In this document: piece by piece, positions 1-6,531 of the stretch | Layout: each line of letters opens with the position of its first letter | Numbering within the stretch: position 1 is the stretch's first letter | Virus record (IMG/VR): IMGVR_UViG_2734482785_000020 | Coordinates: 1-11,969 of that record | Length of the DNA stretch: 11,969 bases | From: a virus | Taxonomy: Duplodnaviria; Heunggongvirae; Uroviricota; Caudoviricetes | Direction: 5' to 3' (one strand) | The notes under the pieces: generated by a model | Seen by the model: the letters and a program-made list of their open reading frames with translations, nothing else | What the model was told of the DNA's origin: nothing | Database searches by the model: none | Made by a program: the position numbers and the translations under genes

Positions 1-147
1 ATGACGCAAATTCCGTTAAAAACCCTGCTACTGTGTTTAACCGCAGTAGCGATAATCTGGATCCTCCACACATCACCTTGTGAGTTGCGATTCAGGTTTG
101 CAGGAACGGAAATTGCGGCATTCTTACAATGTAAGTCTACACAGTAA
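1..147 (+). CDS. hok: Hok/Gef-family type I toxin (small membrane peptide), 48 aa
   Basis: ATG at 1 to TAA at 145-147. Translation MTQIPLKTLLLCLTAVAIIWILHTSPCELRFRFAGTEIAAFLQCKSTQ has an N-terminal hydrophobic helix and the C-E-L-R-F-R ... E-I-A-A-F-L-x-C-K signature recalled from Hok family toxins. It is below the 60-aa cutoff of the ORF track. Any mok/sok partner would lie upstream, outside the window. Confidence 0.75.
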   Translation: MTQIPLKTLLLCLTAVAIIWILHTSPCELRFRFAGTEIAAFLQCKSTQ

Positions 148-155
148 GGAACCGC

Positions 156-179
156 GACGGGGAAGTCAACTTCCCCGTC
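156..179 (+). other. Stable stem-loop in the hok 3' region (10-bp GC-rich stem GACGGGGAAG / CTTCCCCGTC, 4-nt loop)
   Basis: Perfect inverted repeat read directly from the sequence, 9 nt after the hok stop. It has no U-tract, so it is more likely an mRNA-stabilising or fold-back element than a terminator. Confidence 0.5.
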
Positions 180-237
180 AATCGGTTGCCAGGGTAAAGG
201 CCGGAACGGCACCCTATCTGCAGTCATGAACATCACA

Positions 238-270
238 AACCCGCCGTGTAAAAGCTGCGGGTTTTCTTTT
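238..270 (+). terminator. Rho-independent terminator-like hairpin oriented for the + strand (hok transcript)
   Basis: Stem AACCCGC / GCGGGTT with a 12-nt loop, followed by TTTTCTTTT. It lies between the hok stop and the 3' end of the convergent ogr-like gene. Confidence 0.45.
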
Positions 271-281
271 GGCTGGTATCC

Positions 282-536
282 TCAGGCCTGTAGTAGTTCC
301 AGCGCCATTTGCTTTTCCTCCGGGCGCATTCGTTCGATCAACAGCTTCAACACGCCGTTCTCCAGTCCGCTGGGGGTCAGTGTGTGCGAGTAGGTCAGAT
401 TCATCACCCAGGTATGCCCGCACTCAAGACGCTTGCAACGATAATACACGTCAGCAAACCGATCATCTTTCCAGAAGGTCTTTTCAATCACTGCTTGCTC
501 ACCACAGCAAAAACACCGCGCTTTCTGTCTGCGCAC
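282..536 (-). CDS. ogr: Ogr/Delta-family zinc-finger late-gene transcriptional activator (84 aa, GTG start)
   Basis: Cys-x2-Cys ... Cys-x4-Cys arrangement (RCFCCGEQ ... YRCKRLECGHTWV) followed by an aromatic-rich segment, matching the P2 Ogr / P4 Delta fold as recalled. The start codon is GTG at 536-534 with a GGAGG Shine-Dalgarno 7 nt upstream; stop TGA at 282-284. Confidence 0.75.
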   Translation of the reverse strand: MRRQKARCFCCGEQAVIEKTFWKDDRFADVYYRCKRLECGHTWVMNLTYSHTLTPSGLENGVLKLLIERMRPEEKQMALELLQA

Positions 537-686
537 TCCGGCACCTCCTGAATAAACGCTGATTGCTTGACCTGATTTTACTCGTCATCACGGGGGGGGG
601 TAACAGTCATTTCATTCAGTATCACTGTGTTAATTTTGTGTTACTGGTCTAACCAGTGGTTTTTGGGCTCTGTCTCATAATCCGGT

Positions 687-992
687 GGGGGGTGCGCAAG
701 TGGGTCACAAAGGTCACAACAGTCAAAAACAATGCTTAATATCATGATTTAAAAAGGAAATATTTGTGACCTTTTCAAGGTCACAGAAGGTCACACGAGG
801 TCACAGCCTTCAAAAATACCTTAATTATCAATTTGTTATAATTTTAATGTGTGACCTTTAGTGACTTCTCCAAAAGGTTACATGTGACTTTGTTGTGACC
901 CATTTGTGACCTTTAAAATTTACAGCAATATATTGATATATAATATGTTTTTCTATTTGTGACTTTTGTGACCCACTTGCGCACCCCCCCCC
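687..992. repeat. Iteron array (about 13 copies of GGTCACA / TGTGACC) in dyad arrangement with an AT-rich centre, bounded by 32-bp inverted repeats; putative ori/crr-like replication region or recombinase site
   Basis: GGTCACA at 703, 712, 779, 789, 799; TGTGACC or TGTGACT at 765, 850, 883, 894, 905, 958, 967, plus a degenerate copy at 861; spacing 9-11 bp. Left arm 687-718 (GGGGGGTGCGCAAGTGGGTCACAAAGGTCACA) is the reverse complement of 958-992 with one mismatch. AT-rich segments at about 820-848 and 912-957. The array is non-coding and sits immediately 3' of the recombinase and alpha-like genes. Confidence 0.7.
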
Positions 993-1190
993 AAATTTTA
1001 GCGCGACCCCTTAAAATGTTAATTAAACTCACTTGCTCTGTCTCACTCTCGCTAACTCTCTGTGATTGAAATGTATATCGCTACTGTTTGACTCTTTCTG
1101 ATAATTCGGGTGCGAGAGCAAAAAAATTGATGACGGCCACCGCTGCAATATGACCGTCATCGCATTGCTGTTACCGTTGGTTCTGGCCAA

Positions 1191-1218
1191 CAAAAAAGGT
1201 CAGTGGAAAACCGACCTC
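1191..1218 (-). terminator. Weak candidate intrinsic terminator for the alpha-recombinase operon
   Basis: On the minus strand a short stem (AGGTC / GACCT, 11-nt loop) is followed by TTTTTT, about 30 nt downstream of the recombinase stop. The stem is short, so support is weak. Confidence 0.3.
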
Positions 1219-1246
1219 TTTTGCTGCGAATGTAGCGTTCTGTGGG

Positions 1247-2248
1247 TTACTCTGCTGGCTCTTTTTGTTCAGTGAATGCCATATTAGCTATCGGGTTAAA
1301 CCTTATGGCATCCGCCAGATAGTCGGGGGAAAAATGCGCATAAGTCATCGTTTGCTGGATAGTCGCATGTCCAAGAATCCGTTGTAATGTAACGATATTC
1401 CCACCGTTCATCATAAAGTGTGTGGCAAATGTATGACGCATGACATGCGTAGCCTGCCCCTTCGGTAAATCCGGCTTCACCTCCTGAAGGATCTCCCGGA
1501 ACTTCAGATAATCAACCTGATACAACAACCCCGTCCGGCGGGTCTTAATCAGCGGCACGACCGAATCAGCCACAGGAACCGAACGGGATTTTCCGTTTTT
1601 GGTGTTAAAGAACGTCACCCGGTTGCCAATGATGTGCTCTCCACGTAGTTCCGATGCTTCACTCCATCGGGCACCAGTAGAAAGACACAGAATGGCAACA
1701 CAACGCGCATCACCCTCCAGTCGCTCAAGAAGCCGCTCAATCTCATCATCAGAAAGAAAGGCCATCTCTGTATTCTGAATTTTTAGCTTGCGTATACTGC
1801 GCACAGGGTTCGGGTTGTGAAAGACTCCTGCTTCAATCAGCACCGTGAACATGGTAGACAGAACGCACAAGTCACGATTAATGCTGGATGGCATTAAGCC
1901 GGCCTGTAATTTCTCTGATCGATACTCAAGCATAAATTTTTGTGTCATCTGGCTGGCGCGCGGATCTCCCATTTCACGAATCACTTTCTCCAGCCGGATC
2001 CTATAGGTATCGCCGTAAGCCTGGTTACGGCCATCAAGCATCCACCACGTATCAAGCAACTCTGATAATCGCCGGCGATCTGCGGGTTTAGCCAGCCATG
2101 GGTTGTTATGGAAATTCTGTAAAATATGTTTTTCGAAGACCTCTGCACTCCCTTTCCTGACAAAAATTTTCCGTATCCGTTTGCCGTACGCCCCTTGGGG
2201 CCTGATATCGAGCATCCATCGCCCATCATCCATCTTTCTGATCGACAT
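1247..2248 (-). CDS. Tyrosine site-specific recombinase / integrase (333 aa, P2-Int-like size)
   Basis: C-terminal catalytic region HVMRHTFATHFMMNGGNIVTLQRILGHATIQQTMTYAHFSPDYL carries the conserved R, H-x-x-R and terminal Tyr of the phage-integrase fold. The ATG at 2248 lies 2 nt after the alpha-like stop (TAA 2251-2253), with a GGAGG-type Shine-Dalgarno embedded in the alpha 3' end, so the two are translationally coupled. Confidence 0.85.
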   Translation of the reverse strand: MSIRKMDDGRWMLDIRPQGAYGKRIRKIFVRKGSAEVFEKHILQNFHNNPWLAKPADRRRLSELLDTWWMLDGRNQAYGDTYRIRLEKVIREMGDPRASQMTQKFMLEYRSEKLQAGLMPSSINRDLCVLSTMFTVLIEAGVFHNPNPVRSIRKLKIQNTEMAFLSDDEIERLLERLEGDARCVAILCLSTGARWSEASELRGEHIIGNRVTFFNTKNGKSRSVPVADSVVPLIKTRRTGLLYQVDYLKFREILQEVKPDLPKGQATHVMRHTFATHFMMNGGNIVTLQRILGHATIQQTMTYAHFSPDYLADAIRFNPIANMAFTEQKEPAE

Positions 2249-2250
2249 AC

Positions 2251-4920
2251 TTAAGCCCCCTCCTTGTTACTAAATATCCAGCATTTCAGTGTATCCGGCT
2301 CTTTGCTTTCTGCTGCCCCTCTTCCGACATTTGCCTGCCTGGATACCTCGCTACGGACGGTTTTGTACTCAACCAGCGGTCGGGAACGCCCAGACCTGAG
2401 AAGCTCTAACATTTCCGGCTCAGTCCTGATCTCAACGCGGTGAATGGCGGCAGTCTGCCTCAGTTGCGGGATGCTGACGGCGAACCCCTTCCGGTATTCC
2501 TTGCCGAAGTGATTTACGCCGTATTTTGTTGTGCTGTCCAGGTAGTCGAATGCCTCCCAGAACGCTATGACCTCCGGTAAGTCATCCGTCACCGCTTCAG
2601 CCTGCGCTGCTGCCATTTCCTCCAGTTCCCGGCATGTGGCATCAAGCCATTCATCCGGGATATCAATAACGCATTTCAGCGCCCTGACCAGCGCGATAAG
2701 TTGTGCGTGATTTTTGGCGATGCGGGGATGGCGAATATTTTCGCAACCGCAAAGGCGGGTCGTTTCAGGCTCTGAGATCGCCAGAAACATTTCCATAATT
2801 GCCCGTTCGCGGCTGACCGCCCGATGAATAAAGCCTGATACTTCCTCAACGGGGTAGAGTTCCAGCCGTCTCGCCGCCAGTCGGGTATCAGGTGAATGGC
2901 GTTTTTTATCGGTATATATGCGAATCAGTCGCTCAATAATTGCCAGTGAGGCATTTACCCTGGCATTCTGTGCAATCACGATAGCACCCTTAAAATCCGG
3001 GTCGTAGGTGTTGTTATTGTTGGTCTTAACGCCACGAACGCCGATACCACCGCCGTTATAGAGGCTTTTCAGGTTGTCAAAGTCAAACGCGCCTTTTTTC
3101 TGCACCTTGTCCCCCCTGTCAGCCTCAATCAGCACAACGGGCAACCCGGCGACCTGTCCAAAAGTGCGCTTCCAGCCCGCTTCAGAGCCTTTCGTTGGAT
3201 CAACGCCTTCGTAGTTGTCACGACCGCACAGTCGCCAGCAAAAATCAATCAATGTTGATTTGCCCGTTCCGGGCTCTCCGGTGACTTCAAGGAAAGGGAA
3301 AGATTCTGCTTTATCCCGGATTTGCTCACTGAACAGCGAACCCAGCCAGAAAGCCAGGGTAATAATTCCCTTTTCACCAAAAGCCAGCCAGAGATCTTTC
3401 ACCCAGAATTCTGTGAATTCATCCGGTTTTTTATAGTTAATCTGTAATGTTGGTGTTTTACTTAATGGTTTTGCGTTTATGCCATCAATTTCAAAATAAT
3501 CCTCGTCATTGATTTCGTAGGTTTTACCATTACAAACCGCGACATCATTAAACAGCCACGCGCCAATCTCTTTGTTGTATCCGATAAAATCCTGACCAAT
3601 AACCTCTTTTATTGCGGGAAGGTCATTTTTTATTAATGCGTCAAGCTGCGTAGTCGTTCCGGTATAAATACCACCTTTTGCCACATGTAACAGGCGTTTC
3701 TTAAATTCAGATGCGGATGTTAATTGTCCTGATGTAAAAGTATTTTTCACTGTAGTACCATCCGGGAACGTTACACGGAAGTAATACCATGCTTCATCCG
3801 TGTCATTGTTTCGAATGTAATAAAGCGGCGCTGGGTTACAGTTTGCGATTTCTTTTACTGCACCGGATTCCTTAAGTGCAATTTTTCGCGCTTCATCTTC
3901 GTCAACATTTCGCTCATTAATGACACGCTCAACAGCCTTCATATGGCGCTCAATATCCAGCTTGAACCAGAAAACACGGTTATCAAAAGTAAAATGAAAT
4001 TCCTTTCGCTCACGAAAGGAAAACATTATTAGCGCCTTATCTCTTGGAGATTTCGCCAGCAATAAATCACCGTAATAGCGGTATCTTTTCACATCATGGC
4101 CATGCAGCCTTCCGGCGATGTGTAAATCATTCCAGTCGCGTTTATTGCTGTTTTTACCTGGTAATGCTGCCGCCGTTCTCCAGCCGTCTTCGGCGCTGCG
4201 TTCTGCATGTTTTTTCGCGTAACGCTCACCCGCACGCCCGTTATCCAGCGCCCACACGATAACCGGGCGTGGATTATCCCCGCACAGCTTCGCCAGTTCT
4301 TCCAGCGATTTATCAGGGTAGTTCACGGCAGACATGACAGAAACGGCCGCAATGCCATTCTGGTTAAGGCTGATGGCATCAAAGATACCCTCACAAATCC
4401 AGATTTCTTTGGCCTTGCTTAAATCCGCTCCCGGATAAGCCCACCACAGCCCCTTGTAACTGCCGGAAAAATTCGCCTTGCGAGCGAAGCGTTCCGGTCG
4501 GTCTATGATGCGCTCCCACCACACGCCGTCAGCCAGCGTAAAACGCACAGTAGCGGCCTGTTCGCCGCTTTCCTTGTCCTGGTATCGCTCCTGAGTAAAT
4601 GCCCCTTTCAGTGGCTCCACAGCAATATTGCGCGCCTCCTGAAGATAAGCTGCCGCTGCTGCACATGGGTCGTCTTTCGTGCTGATATAGCGATCTGACC
4701 ATGACGAAAACACATCCGGGTAAAGTTCTTTGGTCAGCAGGTCTGTACCGCATTTATTTTCGCGGCCACAGTGTACGATGTACGGCCTCTCAAGACTGGT
4801 AAACAGTTCCTTCTTTCCACATTGCGGACAAACACCATAGCGAAGATAGTTATTTTCTTCTTTAAAGTTGTAATCACGAATAAGACGGTTAATAATCTCT
4901 TTTCTGGTGTTATGTTTCAT
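2251..4920 (-). CDS. P4 alpha-like bifunctional DNA primase / SF3 helicase (about 889 aa)
   Basis: N-terminal zinc-binding motif (CPQCG ... HCGRENKCG), TOPRIM-like EGIFDAISLNQNG, Walker A VTGEPGTGKSTLIDF and a downstream VVLIEADRGD-type acidic motif, then a roughly 250-aa C-terminal extension, as in the iteron-binding domain of P4 alpha. Start placed at ATG 4920 (MKHNTRKEI); the ORF-track start at 4944 lies inside a hairpin and is less likely. Confidence 0.85.
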   Translation of the reverse strand: MKHNTRKEIINRLIRDYNFKEENNYLRYGVCPQCGKKELFTSLERPYIVHCGRENKCGTDLLTKELYPDVFSSWSDRYISTKDDPCAAAAAYLQEARNIAVEPLKGAFTQERYQDKESGEQAATVRFTLADGVWWERIIDRPERFARKANFSGSYKGLWWAYPGADLSKAKEIWICEGIFDAISLNQNGIAAVSVMSAVNYPDKSLEELAKLCGDNPRPVIVWALDNGRAGERYAKKHAERSAEDGWRTAAALPGKNSNKRDWNDLHIAGRLHGHDVKRYRYYGDLLLAKSPRDKALIMFSFRERKEFHFTFDNRVFWFKLDIERHMKAVERVINERNVDEDEARKIALKESGAVKEIANCNPAPLYYIRNNDTDEAWYYFRVTFPDGTTVKNTFTSGQLTSASEFKKRLLHVAKGGIYTGTTTQLDALIKNDLPAIKEVIGQDFIGYNKEIGAWLFNDVAVCNGKTYEINDEDYFEIDGINAKPLSKTPTLQINYKKPDEFTEFWVKDLWLAFGEKGIITLAFWLGSLFSEQIRDKAESFPFLEVTGEPGTGKSTLIDFCWRLCGRDNYEGVDPTKGSEAGWKRTFGQVAGLPVVLIEADRGDKVQKKGAFDFDNLKSLYNGGGIGVRGVKTNNNNTYDPDFKGAIVIAQNARVNASLAIIERLIRIYTDKKRHSPDTRLAARRLELYPVEEVSGFIHRAVSRERAIMEMFLAISEPETTRLCGCENIRHPRIAKNHAQLIALVRALKCVIDIPDEWLDATCRELEEMAAAQAEAVTDDLPEVIAFWEAFDYLDSTTKYGVNHFGKEYRKGFAVSIPQLRQTAAIHRVEIRTEPEMLELLRSGRSRPLVEYKTVRSEVSRQANVGRGAAESKEPDTLKCWIFSNKEGA

Positions 4921-4933
4921 ATATAAATCCCCC

Positions 4934-4963
4934 CCCCACTGCACCTTTTGCAGTGGGGTTTTT
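4934..4963 (+). terminator. Intrinsic-terminator-like hairpin oriented for the + strand, overlapping the alpha translation-initiation region
   Basis: 10-bp stem CCCCACTGCA / TGCAGTGGGG (4934-4943 and 4949-4958), 5-nt loop, then TTTTT (4959-4963); preceded by a C9 tract (4929-4937). On the minus-strand mRNA the same hairpin has no U-tract and partly sequesters the G-rich Shine-Dalgarno of alpha. Confidence 0.45.
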
Positions 4964-4964
4964 A

Positions 4965-5270
4965 TTAATTACTCGTTACTTCTTGTTTCCGGGCAATCCC
5001 TGCGGCTTCAGCCTGACGCCATGAAAAAATGCCGCCAGAAAGATGCATACCTGATTTTATTGATTGTAATTCCCGACTAATAATATTAGACAGAGATGTA
5101 ATATCTTTATTGGTAATTTCTGCACCCACTCCGCAGCTTCTTTCATCAAACATGATAGACATAAGGTTGATGAGATTAATTACATCTGTGAGATCTTCTT
5201 TTGCATCCTCTGTAAAAAAACCAACATATTCTTTATGTAAAAGATTTGCGTAATTCTGATTTTCAGACAT
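4965..5270 (-). CDS. Hypothetical protein (101 aa), AT-rich cargo-like ORF upstream of alpha
   Basis: Uninterrupted 101-codon ORF with GGGGAG about 5 nt upstream of the ATG. The composition is visibly more AT-rich than flanking genes. No recognisable motif. Confidence 0.55.
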   Translation of the reverse strand: MSENQNYANLLHKEYVGFFTEDAKEDLTDVINLINLMSIMFDERSCGVGAEITNKDITSLSNIISRELQSIKSGMHLSGGIFSWRQAEAAGIARKQEVTSN

Positions 5271-5337
5271 AAAAACTCCCCGACCCGTAAAGGTCGAAAT
5301 ATAAATTGAATTCAGTTATCAGTGGATAATTCGGGAA

Positions 5338-5556
5338 TCAGGCGGAAAGCTGCGTCACCTTTAACGCCTTAAAGTGAGTCATTCCCAGCTCTTCCAGCCC
5401 TTCGGCTGCGCGGCGTATGGCTTCGCCCGGTCCCGTTCCGTATACCGTTGCATGTGCATGTTTGGTTAACCCACGTTTATTAACGGCATAACCCAGCACA
5501 AAGAAACGTTTTTCACCGCTGCCATTATTTTTACGGGATGCTGAACGGGTTTTCAT
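5338..5556 (-). CDS. Hypothetical small protein (72 aa)
   Basis: ORF with an AAGGTG Shine-Dalgarno about 6 nt upstream; its ATG overlaps the stop of the upstream 62-aa ORF (ATGA overlap at 5553-5556), indicating translational coupling. Confidence 0.5.
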   Translation of the reverse strand: MKTRSASRKNNGSGEKRFFVLGYAVNKRGLTKHAHATVYGTGPGEAIRRAAEGLEELGMTHFKALKVTQLSA

Positions 5557-5741
5557 TTCTTCACCTTTACCACTGATGCTGTGAGTTCTTCTTCTGGTAA
5601 TTGATATTTCGGCGCAATTTCTTCCGTATACCTGATAGCGTCCCTTGCCGCTTTTCCTTTTGATTTATATTTATATGTGGTCCGGTAGTTTTCTTCCTCT
5701 CCTGTTACCACATTACGCAATTTAATATGAATCTCGTACAT
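5553..5741 (-). CDS. Hypothetical small basic protein (62 aa, MYEIHIKLRN...)
   Basis: Start chosen at ATG 5741 because of a GGAGGGG Shine-Dalgarno 7-8 nt upstream; the longer ORF-track version (to 5870) has no ribosome-binding site and overlaps the neighbouring ORF. Lys/Glu-rich. Confidence 0.45.
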   Translation of the reverse strand: MYEIHIKLRNVVTGEEENYRTTYKYKSKGKAARDAIRYTEEIAPKYQLPEEELTASVVKVKK

Positions 5742-5784
5742 CGTTACCCCTCCATCTCCAGAATGTTTACCGTGCATTTGTGGG

Positions 5785-5931
5785 TTAATTTCCCCGTTCA
5801 TTCGTGCGGCTGTACTCCATGCGGCTGGCAGCACGCAGGGCATCATCACAGGTCTGATATTCCCTGACATGAAAAAACTGACGAACGTCGCCGCTCTGGC
5901 AGTTAATCAGGGTGATAAGGAGCTTAAACAT
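5785..5931 (-). CDS. Hypothetical small protein (48 aa, MFKLLITLINCQSGD...)
   Basis: ATG at 5931 preceded by GGGAGG about 6 nt upstream; the start overlaps the stop of the upstream ORF. Short, so support is limited. Confidence 0.35.
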   Translation of the reverse strand: MFKLLITLINCQSGDVRQFFHVREYQTCDDALRAASRMEYSRTNERGN

Positions 5932-6445
5932 TGCACGCCTCCCGGATACGAATACGGGAAACAAAGACCAGACGGGATGCCGGAAGCAGGGCGCGTGCTT
6001 CGCGCTCACTGGCAGCGGTAACGGTATGAAGGCGAATATTTTTACCGTGGCACTGCATAAAGCGCCAGATAAAATCAGGGCGTGTTGATATAGCCATTTT
6101 GGCGGCTCCTCTTACTGATTTACGGAGTCTCGCCAGCACGCTGCTAAACATGGTGGCGGGACGTAACAGGGTTAGCAGACTGGCGTAAGAGAAACCAGCG
6201 AGCACAAAGGCTCCCCCATTACGCCCCGCCATAATACGGGGTAGGGTGGAATTACGGGCACAAAAAAACCGCATTACGGAAATATAGCGGCTACCCGCTC
6301 TTACAATCAGGCTGCTAAACCCGGCACCTGTTTTCTGAGGCGCGGGCAAACGATACGCCATGACAAAAAAGCGAGTCAAGCAATATTGCAAATTATTTTT
6401 GTGCAATTGCGCTGAGTGATTGATTTCTGTACGTAAAAAGTTCAT
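5924..6445 (-). CDS. Hypothetical protein (about 173 aa), Arg/Ala/Ser-rich
   Basis: Only long ORF in any frame across 5924-6451. ATG at 6445 with GGGA 6 nt upstream (an alternative ATG at 6451). The unusual composition leaves the frame and boundaries uncertain. Confidence 0.4.
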   Translation of the reverse strand: MNFLRTEINHSAQLHKNNLQYCLTRFFVMAYRLPAPQKTGAGFSSLIVRAGSRYISVMRFFCARNSTLPRIMAGRNGGAFVLAGFSYASLLTLLRPATMFSSVLARLRKSVRGAAKMAISTRPDFIWRFMQCHGKNIRLHTVTAASEREARALLPASRLVFVSRIRIREACNV

Positions 6446-6493
6446 AATCATTCCCGAACTGTAGATTCATAGATTTTTCCTTTTGTTGGTGAA

Positions 6494-6519
6494 CGGCCTG
6501 CATCCTGCGGGCCGTTTTT
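6494..6519 (+). terminator. Terminator-like hairpin oriented for the + strand between the capsid-like gene and the small-ORF chain
   Basis: Stem CGGCCTGCA / TGCGGGCCG (one mismatch, 3-nt loop) followed by TTTTT at 6515-6519. On the minus strand it is preceded by an A-tract rather than followed by a U-tract. Confidence 0.35.
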
Positions 6520-6531
6520 CTTATCCAGCTA

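Noticed and set aside
269-562. Plus-strand ORFs 269-562 and 309-551, and minus-strand ORF 214-423, overlapping the Ogr-like gene
   Set aside because: They are shadow frames of the better-supported zinc-finger gene; they have no ribosome-binding site or recognisable motif, and 214-423 runs through the terminator hairpin.
687-992. Invertible promoter switch (fim-like) flanked by 32-bp inverted repeats next to a recombinase
   Set aside because: The segment between the repeats is itself organised as a large imperfect dyad of iterons with an AT-rich centre, and the inverted repeats are just the outermost iteron pairs. That fits an origin or protein-binding array better than an asymmetric invertible promoter. 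Not fully excluded.
1981-2229. Minus-strand 82-aa ORF inside the recombinase gene
   Set aside because: Alternative frame within a gene that has clear catalytic motifs; no independent support.
3215-4753. ORFs 3215-3436 (+), 4044-4262 (+), 4207-4422 (+) and 4529-4753 (-) inside the alpha-like gene
   Set aside because: Antisense or alternative-frame shadows of an 889-aa gene with Walker A and TOPRIM motifs; compositionally odd translations.
5029-5253. Plus-strand 74-aa ORF opposite the 101-aa gene
   Set aside because: Lies entirely antisense to a longer ORF that has a Shine-Dalgarno; no start context.
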